Shown piece after piece: positions 1 through 11,359 of a DNA stretch of 64,000 nt. This DNA comes from the human T2T-CHM13v2.0 reference genome, Homo sapiens. The notes under the pieces were generated by a model. That model searched no databases. It saw nothing but the letters and a program-made list of their open reading frames with translations, and was not told the origin of the DNA. Made by a program: the position numbers and the translations under genes. Numbering within the stretch: the first letter of the stretch is position 1; every line of letters begins with the position of its first letter. The DNA lies in the NCBI RefSeq assembly GCF_009914755.1, contig NC_060929.1. One strand, 5' to 3'.

Positions 1-667
1 TGAAAAAAACTGGCTCATTCTCCATCCCTTGTCCTAAAACAGGATAGACTCCTTGTCCTGGCATTCTTCATGGTGGAGGTGGCTGGCATTAGAGTCTGTG
101 TTATAATCTTTGTTAGCCCCTAATTTCTCCAGTCTGGTCCACATCACTAATTGGTTCTTTCAATAAGAGAAGACAAGGATGCTGGGTCAGGGCTCAAATA
201 TAATCTGAGCAAATACTTCTGTGGTTCCATAATTTGACCAGGGTTCAGGGTTTTTACAATACTCAGTTCCTGCTCCTTTCTATCGGAGTAGATCTTCACC
301 AGTCCTTCCTCTAGAGTTTTATATTCTCAGAAACAGAAATCCTAATCTTATTGTTTCCGCTGCTTTATCTTGCTTAAGCAAAATTTTGCTTAACTAATGT
401 TGAATGCCAAAAATACTCATGGCCAAATTATAAACCAGTAAAAAGCATATCTAAGTCCTTTTGCTCAAAAGAGCATATTAAAAACCCTCACCTACTCAGT
501 ATCTTGACATGTACAAATTTAATATGACTCATCTTGCCTTTCTTCACAAGAAATGATCACATTCTTCATTAGGGAACTGCTTATACAAAGAATCAGTTAG
601 TTAGAATTATGTGCCACAAATCCTTAAAGGGTCACCATGAGATATTGAGAAGTCTAATATTATAATC

Positions 668-875
668 CTTAGGACATGGGATCCTACTCCAGCTCTACCA
701 ATTATAGCTCGATGCATTTAGACAAGTTATATAAATACTCTTTGCCTCTATTTTCCCAATCATAAAGTGAAAATAATAATAAGGCCAATTCTCAGGTTTA
801 TAGCAAGTATTAATTAATAAAGGTAGAATGCTCACACCAGTGCCTATCATCTAGTAAGCACCCAGTAAGTGTTTT
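668..875 (+). mobile_element. MIR SINE
   Basis: Matches the MIR core and 3' end: 'ccagctctacca..gacaagtta..ctctttgcctctattttccc..aaagtgaaaataataata..cagtgcct..tagtaagcacccagtaagtg'. Boundaries approximate. Confidence 0.8.
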
Positions 876-1559
876 ATGAGTTGGAGTACAACCTTAAAAG
901 TATTTAAGAAATTTATTAGAGAACAAACATGACAGTTCATGAACCATCTCTGTTATCATCAGAGACAAAATAATTGATTGGACCCAAGGCCTGATATGGT
1001 ACAGTGACTCATGCACTATTAAGTTTCCAGACCAGAGGCTTAACATAATTCGAGTTGTCTATGCATTCTTGTCAAAGAAGAACCTAGCACTGTCCACCTG
1101 TCTCAGCAGCAGATACAAAAGGACCCCCTACAGGGAAGACACGATTTGGTGTTTTCAGAGGTGAATAAAGACAGCATTGCTTATATCTCCACAGAGACAT
1201 GAATTCTCCTTTTGGGCCACCCCAAAGATGAAATGACATGTACAAAGCACGTTGCATAGCTTCTCATGTACAGTAGGTGCAGAATACAATGAGGGAACCA
1301 TCATTTTCCCATTCACTTACATTTTCTGAAGTAAATGCATGAAGAGACTAAATACACATCTTGTAGCATTTTTCAAAACATGTTCTAAGAAACATTTTCC
1401 TCTAACCCCTCAACCTCCACCTCAACCCTTACCCTCACTGGCAAAGATTTCAAAGTTTACTTAGTTTGGGAAAAGTTATGTTTTCCTGTATAGGATGGAG
1501 GAGTTTACAATGCTCAGAAGCATCTTAAAAGAAAGCCTGGAGAAAGAAAGCTATTTTAA

Positions 1560-2035
1560 TCTTGCTTAGATTATCTGTTTATCTGTTGGCTTCCAGCAGC
1601 ATTCACTGCTTTGCTGGGAACTGCATTGCTGGGAACTGCATTTACCTGGCTTTCTTGCCAAAGGAAGGAACTATCGAAAACTGGAAGGTACAAAGAGAGA
1701 GGAATCCAGTATGTTCTTATTTCACTTTCAGTGGTGTCTCTTTCAGGGACTGTATCTCCACAGTGGTCTCCTCTGGTTCTGAGACCACTGGAAAACTCTT
1801 CCCTCCATGGTCCTGGCTCCCAAAAGACAGCCTCAGAAGGGGTCTACTATCTCCTTCTGAAAGCCTGTGGCTCTGGAAATACCATTTGGTGGTAGAGGCA
1901 GTTTTTGCTTTTGCCCATCTCTGGGGTGCTCCACAGGTCTGTCTGTCTCTTCAGCTCTTGTCAACTTGCGTTAACAACTTCCTAGGTTAAAATCCCTCCA
2001 GTTTTTCCTGTGATCATATTAGAACTCTGATAACA
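1560..2035 (+). mobile_element. ERVL LTR, LTR33-like
   Basis: 'aactgcatttacctggctttcttgcc', 'ggtggtagaggcagtttttgcttttgcccatctctgggg' and the 3' end 'taacaacttcctaggttaaaatccctc..tttttcctg..ctctgataaca' follow the LTR33 consensus. Carries a 15-bp tandem duplication ttgctgggaactgca at 1611-1640. Confidence 0.7.
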
Positions 2036-3436
2036 CCATGAGTATTGTTCAACATATATAACAATGCAGAAGGTTTTGTAACAAAAAACTATTGTCATCC
2101 TTACTGGGGATATTTTGAGCTGTTGGGACATGTCTAAGCCACTCAACAGACAAAGCAGATTTGGATGGGTCAGACAATTTGAAAAAATACATACTTTATA
2201 TTTACATGATTTTTTTTTTGGTTGACTATTTCCCTTGATGAAATTAAGCAGTTGTTAAATAGATGCCATCCCACTTTGTCCTATGTAGTCTGAGCCTTCA
2301 TCTTATTTCAAATAATGGCTTTTCCCAAAGGAAGTGTCTCCTTTCAGGATATCATAATAAGCTAATGGACATAGTGATCAATATTGTGTGTGGTGGAACA
2401 TTAGAAATGTGCCATAAAATATGGAAAACAATTTAGCCACTCTCTAATGCAGGCAGTTCTTGTAAAAACTATACATGAAAAACATGTACCCAACCATTTT
2501 TTTCATGCCTTACGACAAGATTAGATGCAATAAAAACCTTGTCTTAGCAAATCAGCATGTTAGAGGATGCTGTCAGCAATAACTTTGCAAAGACATGTCC
2601 ATTACCAAAGAGGGGCATTATCCTAAATTTACTCTCATTGAAGATTGATGTCTGCTATAAGCCACCATCTGTCTCTAGATTCCATGGGATTATAATGCTG
2701 CCACTCTGCACAGTGGGGGTGGTTTGTGGCTTCTTTTCTTTCTGCTTTTGCTTTTCAGATTTGAAGATGGACAGGCAATTGTCAGAACCAAACGACAAAG
2801 TATGACTGACCATGTGAAGTGTAAGGATCAAGCCCAGAAAAACATTTTTTCCCCTTAAGATGCAGAATGCATCAAATGAGTTTTTGAATGTGACTACCTC
2901 ACAGTGATTTATCCTAGTGAATTATCAGCTATTTTGTAATGAGAAGGTATATTTCAGCACATCTGATCAATTTCACAAACTCCCCAAACTAAATAGCTTA
3001 GTGACATTTTTAGCAAGCAAATAAAGATTTTCTTGTTCTGAGTATCTTGTTGTTGTTGTTAAAGGAATAAAATTTGTTAAAGCTTTGTATCAAAGCTACT
3101 TATCTATTGAATAGGAGCCTCCAACTTTCTCAATTACTCTCCTTTATCAGTAACGTTTAACTATTCAGTTCTAATAAATGTTTACTAATAAATTATACAT
3201 AAACTATATACATATATATGCTATAATACCTATGTTATATACATTATAAAATATATGCAGCAATAAAAATACAGAACAATGAAATACAAATAAATGTACA
3301 TAGAAGTTTGAATATTTTTACCCATAACCCGTGAGCCATCTCTACCAGACTGCTGGGTTAGAGCTCACAGCAGGCAGGCCATGTGGAGAATTCAGTTTTG
3401 ATGCAGAGGTCCATTTAACTTGTATCTTTTGGGGTT

Positions 3437-3566
3437 AGGGTTACCACATAAAAATACAGAACACCCAGTTATATGTGACATACTTAGACTACAATTTTAT
3501 TTATTTTTCACCTGAAATTCAAACCTAATTGAGCATCCTGCGTTGTTTATTTATTGACACCAACTC
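3437..3566. mobile_element. MER53 hAT-type MITE, internally deleted
   Basis: 'agggttaccacataaaaatacagaacacccagtta..gacatacttagacta..cctgaaattcaaacctaattgagcatcctg' follows the palindromic MER53 consensus. Confidence 0.75.
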
Positions 3567-3934
3567 TAGTCACTGTCCAAATGCCTGTGTTTCCTCCTAA
3601 TCCTTCCTGCTTATTCCTTTCCCCAACTCCCTCACCAGGTCTGCAATTGTTGTCTATTGGCACAGGGCTGACAGGTATAAGCCATGTGCTTTAGTATAAT
3701 AATTTCTTTAAATGATATTGTCTGCAATGGGTTCTGTTTTGAGGTCTATCTCACCTGGTACCTCCCTAAACAGGACATTGCAAAGCCAGTCTTTGTATAT
3801 CATCTAAGTTGATTGTGTGCATGCACATGTAATGCTGCCTGAATTGGTTCATTTATCAATTATTTATTCAAAGCCTAATATGTTTTAGGCAATGAGCCCA
3901 GTACTTGTGGCATTAAGAAGCATAGGGCATGATT

Positions 3935-4372
3935 CTGTTTCCCTCAGAATAAAATCCAACATCCTAAAAATGATCTATGTGGCCCTACATGTCTGGCCCT
4001 GTCATGGCCATGAAAATGCACCTCTCAACTCTCAGGCCATATCTGCATGGCCCATCTCCTCACCTCCTTCCGATCTTATTCTCAAATCCCAGTTTTTAAA
4101 AATGGCACTTCAATTGGTTACATTTCTAAAATGATACTACTTCTTATACTTAACATTTCTTTTTATTATTTTATTTTCTCATTAGCATTTACCATTAACC
4201 ACCTCTATATTCACCTGCTTACTGTCTTTCTACCCTACTGGAATATAGATCCCATGAGGACAGAAAGTTTCCATTTTATTCATGGCTGTAGAATAATGCC
4301 TGGGAACAGCTTAGTTAGAACAGTGCCTGGAGCAGAGTAAATGCCCAATAAATACTTGTCAAATAAATGAAT
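3935..4372 (+). mobile_element. L2 LINE 3' end
   Basis: 'ccctcagaataaaatccaacatcct..ggccctacatgtctggccctg' and the L2 terminus 'agaacagtgcctggagcagagtaaatgcccaataaatacttgtcaaataaatgaat'. Confidence 0.8.
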
Positions 4373-4640
4373 CTCTGTCCTCAAAGAGTTAGAGGTCTTA
4401 TGGAGGAGACGCACAGCCATGAGATATTAATACCTTACTCCAGCATTTTAAGGATGGGAGGGCAGAAATACGAGGCAAGGATGATGCTTACGCCGAGTCA
4501 TAAAAGTTCAGTCAGACAGAACTTGGGGGCATGCCATTCAGCAAACAGGTCACAACAAGGGGGCCAAAGACAGAGGTAGGGAGTGTCAAGAATGGAAAAA
4601 GAATGAAAGTGAGGAGAAAAAGGAGAGTTTTTCAAAAGAG
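4373..4640 (-). mobile_element. L2 fragment; apparently continues the minus-strand L2 end at ~3848-3930
   Basis: 'ctctgtcctcaaagagttagaggtcttatggaggagac' is a typical antisense L2 3' region. The segment 3848-3930 'ttcatttatcaattatttattcaaagcctaatatgttttaggca' is the antisense L2 terminus. Confidence 0.55.
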
Positions 4641-4789
4641 GAGATAGGAAAGTCTCCAAGAACAAACTGCCTACTGAATAAATTAATCTAGAACCAATCT
4701 AGTTCTCATGGCTTCTGAAGGTAATAATAATAATAATTTAAATAATTATAATTTATTTAATGTTTATTATATATCAGATTTATTACTCT

Positions 4790-4930
4790 CACGATTTTGA
4801 AAAATTTATCCCCCATATAGAGTAGGTAATTCCACATTTAGAGGTGAGAAAATTGAGATTTGACAAACCTCAGAATAACTTGCAAATAAATATTAATGAG
4901 TGACATAGTAGGATTCAGAACCTGAGAACT
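4790..4930 (-). mobile_element. MIR SINE
   Basis: Antisense MIR core 'ccacatttagaggtgagaaaattgaga..aataacttgcaaa..gagtgacatagtaggattcagaacctgag'. Confidence 0.7.
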
Positions 4931-5262
4931 TTGTGTGTTTTCCTTTATGCTACGCATTTTTCCCCCACTGGATTCCCAAAGCACCCTATCTGTATCTTGC
5001 TAAACACAGTGTGTAACCTCTTTCGTATTTATTTGTCCTCTTTTTACACAAAGATGAATTGCATAAATTCTGATTTTGATATTATAAAAGGGTTAGTATG
5101 CTTCAACACAGGTCACCAAAATTGGATGAATAAAGCATGCTTCTGGATCCCAACTTTCTGGCTTAATTCTAAAAACAAATTGAGGTTGAGTCTCCAGCAC
5201 TTGTATTCAGACATTGTTTTATTAACCTCCCTAAGGTCCTGACTATGGACCTTGGTCCAAAG

Positions 5263-5522
5263 CAGTGTTTTTCCACCTTTTTTTCATTATCAATCACCCT
5301 TAGGGAGCTTTTCTAGACATTCTCTTCCTAATCCTGCCTTCTCCTGTCACCCTGGCCCTGCCTCAGAAACTTTGATGCCACACATATACCATATAACTGA
5401 TTATATACTGTGGTCCTTTGGAAGCCCAAGCCATTGTAATATTTAATAATTAAGATCATTTTGGCCCCCAGAAACTAATGTTCACTCCTTTGGGGCTGAT
5501 AATAGCTCCTGTTGACTTTCCA
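5263..5522 (+). mobile_element. MER112 (hAT-Charlie)
   Basis: 'cagtgtttttccacctttttttcattatc..tagggagcttttctagacatt..tactgtggtcctttggaagcc..ccattgtaatat..tttggggctgataatagctcctgttga' is colinear with the MER112 consensus. Confidence 0.8.
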
Positions 5523-5594
5523 CAGTGTAATTGATCTTTCATACCTAAAAACATCTTAAGAGTATAAAATTATTTTAGCAACTGACTATTGCTA

Positions 5595-5755
5595 TAGTGG
5601 ACAGGCTGAAGTCAGGTGTCCTGAGCTCTTGTTCTGGCTTTGCTTCTAACAATCTGTGTAATCTCAAGTAATTTCAGTTTTCTGGTTTTCAGTCACTTTA
5701 ATTGTAACATAAGGGGCTGCACTGAATTAACTCCAAAATCTCTTGAGTTGAGAAA
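5595..5755 (+). mobile_element. MIR (MIR3-like) SINE
   Basis: 'ggctgaagtcaggtgtcctgagctcttgttctggctttgcttctaacaatctgtgtaatctcaag..tgtaacataaggggctgcactgaattaactccaaaatc'. Confidence 0.7.
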
Positions 5756-8700
5756 CTTTATACAGTTATGTAATGATGTTATGAATCCTGTTTGATGGCT
5801 ACTTTTCTAGTTTGATTTTGGAAACTACGTAGTTCATGGAGTTAAAGGTATATATTAATGGCTTCATTATGAGAAATCCATGGTACTTTTTGTGTGTTCT
5901 GCGTTTGCATTATAGGACAGCAATATTGTATTTTCATAGATGTCTTGATGAATATTATGAGCTTTTATTTCCTTGAGGGCCTATGCAGTATCATAGATGG
6001 AGGCCTGCATAATCTGGCATCATCAGAAAGATAGATTTCCTTCACAGTTCTGGGTCAGAGGTACAAGCATTCATGAGATCTTAGCTGTGTCGCTACACGA
6101 ATTAAAATGGAGTAATGAATTTGTGCTGTGTTCCATGGCTTTAAGTTAGACTTGACCTTTGAATCACATTTAACAGAGTACAATCATAAGTCACAAATCA
6201 GAAAGGTTTAAGTAATGTTCTCTTCTATGAAGGAAAACTGATTTAATCCAATTTGATTTTATATAGTGTTCAGAATTTAAGGAACTCTAAAATATTGCTG
6301 TGAGTTACAGAAATCTATTAAAATATGAGAATGTTAGAATTTGGAGCATGTCATAAAATTTTAGCATGCACATATACAAATGAACTTTATTTGTATACAT
6401 TATATAATGCATCCCTATTTTGACAGGTGTAGCTCATTTTAGTAATTGGAAATAGCAAGAATTAAATAATCAGAGAATTAATTTTCAATGCATCAGGGAG
6501 CTTCTTTATTCAAGAGAACTCTACTAGAAATTCTTTATAATAAATAATTATTTTATATTATAAATAATTTACTTTATTCATTGTTTCACAAATTTGTGTT
6601 CCGTGGGACTTCTATTTGGAGAGGGGTTCCTGCTTGAATTTATCCAGGTCTTTTCTAACTCCTCTGCTCTCTTCTTCATTTCCTGCTTTATCAGGAAGCG
6701 GAAGTTGCTTTTTACAATATTTCTTGAAGTGATTTAGATTTTTAAGATTATTTAGAATAACATATACACATGTGAAGAACCTTTTTTAAACTAATTTTGA
6801 TGATTAAATATTTTAGTAGAAAATCTTGATGCTTTGATGATAACAAAGTCTCTGTCTCTTTACTGGGCTGTACTGAAGAACATTCCATCAAAGGTGAGAA
6901 GAAGAACAAGATAAGTGCATGAAGAAAATACGATACTTCACTCTTCCACATGTGTATTGAGATATGCTCACAATAAGTCTGTAGTATTTGAGATTTTCTT
7001 TTAACTTATAGTACATCAATATATTCTACTCATCACAAAAATATATTAATTTACCAACCCATTTTGCATAGTTGAATTTGGGAATATGTTATTTATGTGT
7101 GACATTATCATGTGTTATGTGTTATTTAAATGTCAAATGAAGACAAAAATTTTCTCAGAGGATTATTCTTAAATGCAAGAGATTAGATAAATATATTCAT
7201 GCATTAGACAGAATTAACTTTTAATCTGGTTTTAATCTGATGAACTAGTTCTTATCAAACTTAACCATTGCTTATTTTTGGAGAACTGTCAACTGTAAGG
7301 TTTATTTCAAATTCATAACACAGTGTACTAAATAGCATATCTGCACCTTATAAAAATTAATGTAAAATATAGATCAATCATGCAAATCTAGTAAAGTAGT
7401 TTGACATAAAAAGGATGGCACAAAACTGAGTGGTTATTTGGAGGTAGCAAGACTAAGGGGAGACTTTATCTATTTCATTTTATGTGGTGCAAGGTAGATC
7501 TGAACAAATTCATAAAGAAAGAGGTATGGTCAGTAGAAAGAAAGCAATTAGGGATTCAAGTGAGAAAACAGGTAATATTTGGGTCAAGTTCCTTTACTAA
7601 TTGGGATAAAGATGAGATCAAGGATCAAGGAGGAGGGTTAGATCATCAAAGGTGAGAAGAACAAAATAAGTGCATCTTTAGATCTCATCTAAAGATGAGA
7701 TCATCTTTAGATTTTAGGAAACTAGATAAGGTGAAAAGAGGCATTTGAGCTGGAAAGGAAGTCTGGCTCTAGCACAAGTCTTCTCAATAATGGGCTGATG
7801 ACTGAGTTTGAAGCTTATGTTCTGTATGATTCTCAGCACAGAAGTAGGATCTGTTGACAGAAGATACAGGGCACATACTATACTGCATCCCAAGAAAGAA
7901 CTTCCTAGCAATCCTTCCTGTCTATAAATAGAGAGTGATCTCAGAAATGATTGGGTTCCGATTCTTGCCACATGCCGGGGAAACCTACTTGGCAGATTGC
8001 TATAGGGAAGATTTAAACATAAAGCAAGAAAGGTACATGTCAGGCTGAAAGAATAAAAGATTTCAACCACCAGTAAAGACACTCAGAAGGCCAGTTAAGG
8101 AGCACCTAGTCTTCTTATGATGAATAACTTTCTTCAACAGACTAGAAAAAACAAGCAGAAAGTAAGTAGAATGGTGAATTTTTACAAGAATTATTAGAAT
8201 AATGGCAATTGAATACAATAACAATTAGAAGGGAAAACAACAAAACTAGAAGTAAAATAATGACCTGGAAGAAAGTGGTTGGAAGGGTTAAAAAACCAAA
8301 TACCTCCAGGGTGAAAAAGTTTATAAAAATTACCTCTCTGAAAGGAATTTTCTCTTCCTAGCATCTTGTAATTTCTATTCTCAAGCAGTTAGTTATTCCC
8401 TAACCTGCCTGGTCAAGTGTTGTCCAAGAACGTACATAATAAATTTATCTAAAACCAAACTGGAATAACTCTAGTTATGAACAAGTCAGTTAAATTCTGT
8501 TTAGGAACAAGCTTTTAGGAGCAGCAATCTCATTATACTATCATGGATGGGGTCAGTGGGTTGAAAAGATATCCCCATCCCCCCAAAAAATTTGACATAT
8601 TTCTTGACAAGTTTTTGAATTAAGATTTATTATCCTTTGCAAGTTAAACGAAAGTCTTAAGGAAAAAAACAACCTGAAATGAAGTGACAGTTGCATAATA

Positions 8701-9965
8701 GTTAAATTGTAAATATACTTGAACCATGTCTAAGTTTAAATTCCTTCTCAATTGCCCTGATACTTATTTTTCCTCTTTAATTTAAAACAAGATCATTACA
8801 TTGGAATGTGCTAAAAAATGGATAAAGTAAATTTGCATCAGTTATTTCTTCCATTACTGATGCACCATTCAAAAGTATTTTGGATTTCAGCTGAAGAGAG
8901 AAAACTGGAACAATAAAGTGTGGGCAGGTGGTGGCGGCAGGCATACTTCATCAAAGGAAAAAGTCTATCGAGGACTTTCATTAAGAGCATACCCTCCTCA
9001 AAATATTTGCCTGCTGAACCTGAGATGACATGTGGAAACAAAACTCAAGATAAGACAGGCTCTTGCCCACTTACATCACTAATAAGAATTTAGGCAGGTA
9101 CTCCACCTAAAAGAGCCATACTTTTACTCCCACGGAGATAAAATTTGAGATTGTACAGACCTCATCACTCAGATTTTGCATATAAAATATCATGGTCCAC
9201 AAGGCCAAAAACTGTAGATAAATCATGTCCCCTATAGTATATGACCCTTACATCTGCAGCTCTATAGATATCATTTGTCATTTTTAAAACAAATGTTTTA
9301 GTGTTTGGATAAGATAGGAGGAAAACCAATTTCTGTGATAGTAATGTACTGGGATGTCAGCACATAACCAACCAATGACTAATACAAAGAGAATGGAGAG
9401 GGGATATGCTGCTAATTTGTCTTGACTAGCTGTAGAAATAAGCATGCATTTAAAACATAAGGTGATGGAATTTTATCAAGACTGCAAAAACATGGTCTTT
9501 TCCTTAGAAAATGTATATACCTGAGTAAAAAGATGAGCATTTTTTTAGGAAAAATTGAGAATTGTTTCAGGGGCATTCAGTTGTCACCCTCATTGAGCTC
9601 CTCCATTTCTTCTTTTCTCTTCTTCTGAAAAGCCAGTATTAACCCAGTAAAAATAAGGGTATTGGTACTTATCTGATCAACTCAATAATGAAAAACTTTC
9701 TGTCTCCCTCCAGGCAATGGAGGATTTCCGTGGGAGGTGAAGCAGAAAGGAAAGAGGTAGTTGAGCTGGGTAGCTTTTTTTCATACCACACTTATCAGAC
9801 ATCACCAAATGTCCATCTTATTAAATATTGTTTATATACAATTACTACCACAGGTTTTTTAAAAGGAAAGAACTGCCTGAAGTAAGAATTGACTCTCAAA
9901 CTTGTTCAAGGAAGCACACTTTTTTTCTTCGGCTAGATTGTAAACCCTTCAACATAAACATCTAA

Positions 9966-10412
<447 letters not shown>

Positions 10413-10466
10413 CCAGCTTCTCTTTCTGCTATATTTTGAAGGCCAGCTCTTTGCAGTCTATTAGGA

Positions 10467-10747
10467 CAGCAGTCCCCAACCTTTTTGGCAGCAGGGACCA
10501 GTTTCGTGAAAGACATTTTTTTTTCCCATGGACTGGAGTGGGGTATGGTTTCCACAAGAAACTGTTGCACCTCAGATCACCAGGCATTAGATTCCCATAA
10601 AGAGCGCACAACCTAGATCCTTCACACGCGCAGCTCACAATAGGGTTTGTGCTCCTATGAGAATCTAATGCCACCACTGATCTGACAGGAGGCGGAGTTT
10701 AAGTAGTAATGCCTATTTGCACACCACTCACAGGGTTGGGGAAATGC
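10467..10747 (+). mobile_element. MER1B (hAT-Charlie)
   Basis: 'cagcagtccccaacctttttggcagcagggaccagtttcgtgaaagaca..acctcagatcaccaggcattagattc..ctcctatgagaatctaatgcc..ggttgggga'. Confidence 0.92.
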
Positions 10748-11194
10748 AGCTCCAGAAATCTTGAATGTTTACCTTACAGGTACAGGAGTTGGCAGTCTAT
10801 AGCACAGTTAAACCAGATTGATGACATTCTATAATGAGGAAGTGTTCATCATCTGAACTTGGCACAGAAGTCACAGTTCTGTTTAATATAATATATGACA
10901 TACTTTTACTCACACATAGATTTATTCTACTTTAAAATAAGTTATTTTCAAAATGGTTTCAAAATACTTTTCTGTATGAAGGGTATGTTGCCTTGCAGAG
11001 TCTGACCCCCCTGGGATCCCAAGAGGGATCAGGTCAATCAGCTCATCTAAATTGGCCACCCATGTGAGCACTCAATATGCAATTCAAACATAAAACATTC
11101 TTTATATTTTTTCTCTAACTTATATACAGAATATATTACATGATTACCCTAATTGAAGGTAATTCACCATCTAAAACCATAACTAATGATCTCT

Positions 11195-11359
11195 TTGAGA
11201 TGAGGCTATTTTGGGGGTGAGAAAACGTTTTGAACTTGGACTCTGGTAAGATTTGCTCAATTTTGTAAAAATGTACTAAAAAGCCATCGAGTTGTATACT
11301 TAAAATGATTGGATTTAATGATATGTAAGTTATATCTCAGTAAAGCTGTTTTTAGAAAA
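11195..11359 (+). mobile_element. Old L1 (L1MB/MC/MD-type) 3' end
   Basis: 'ttttgggggtgagaaaacgttttgaacttgga..gagttgtatacttaaaatga..atatgtaagttatatctcagtaaagctgttttt'. Confidence 0.8.

Noticed and set aside
1562-1990. 142-aa and 94-aa overlapping ORFs
   Set aside because: They lie within an LTR33-like element, have non-ATG starts and resemble no protein I know.
8838-9041. 67-aa minus-strand ORF with an acceptor-like 'catctcag|G'
   Set aside because: No recognisable protein, and the splice signals are weak.
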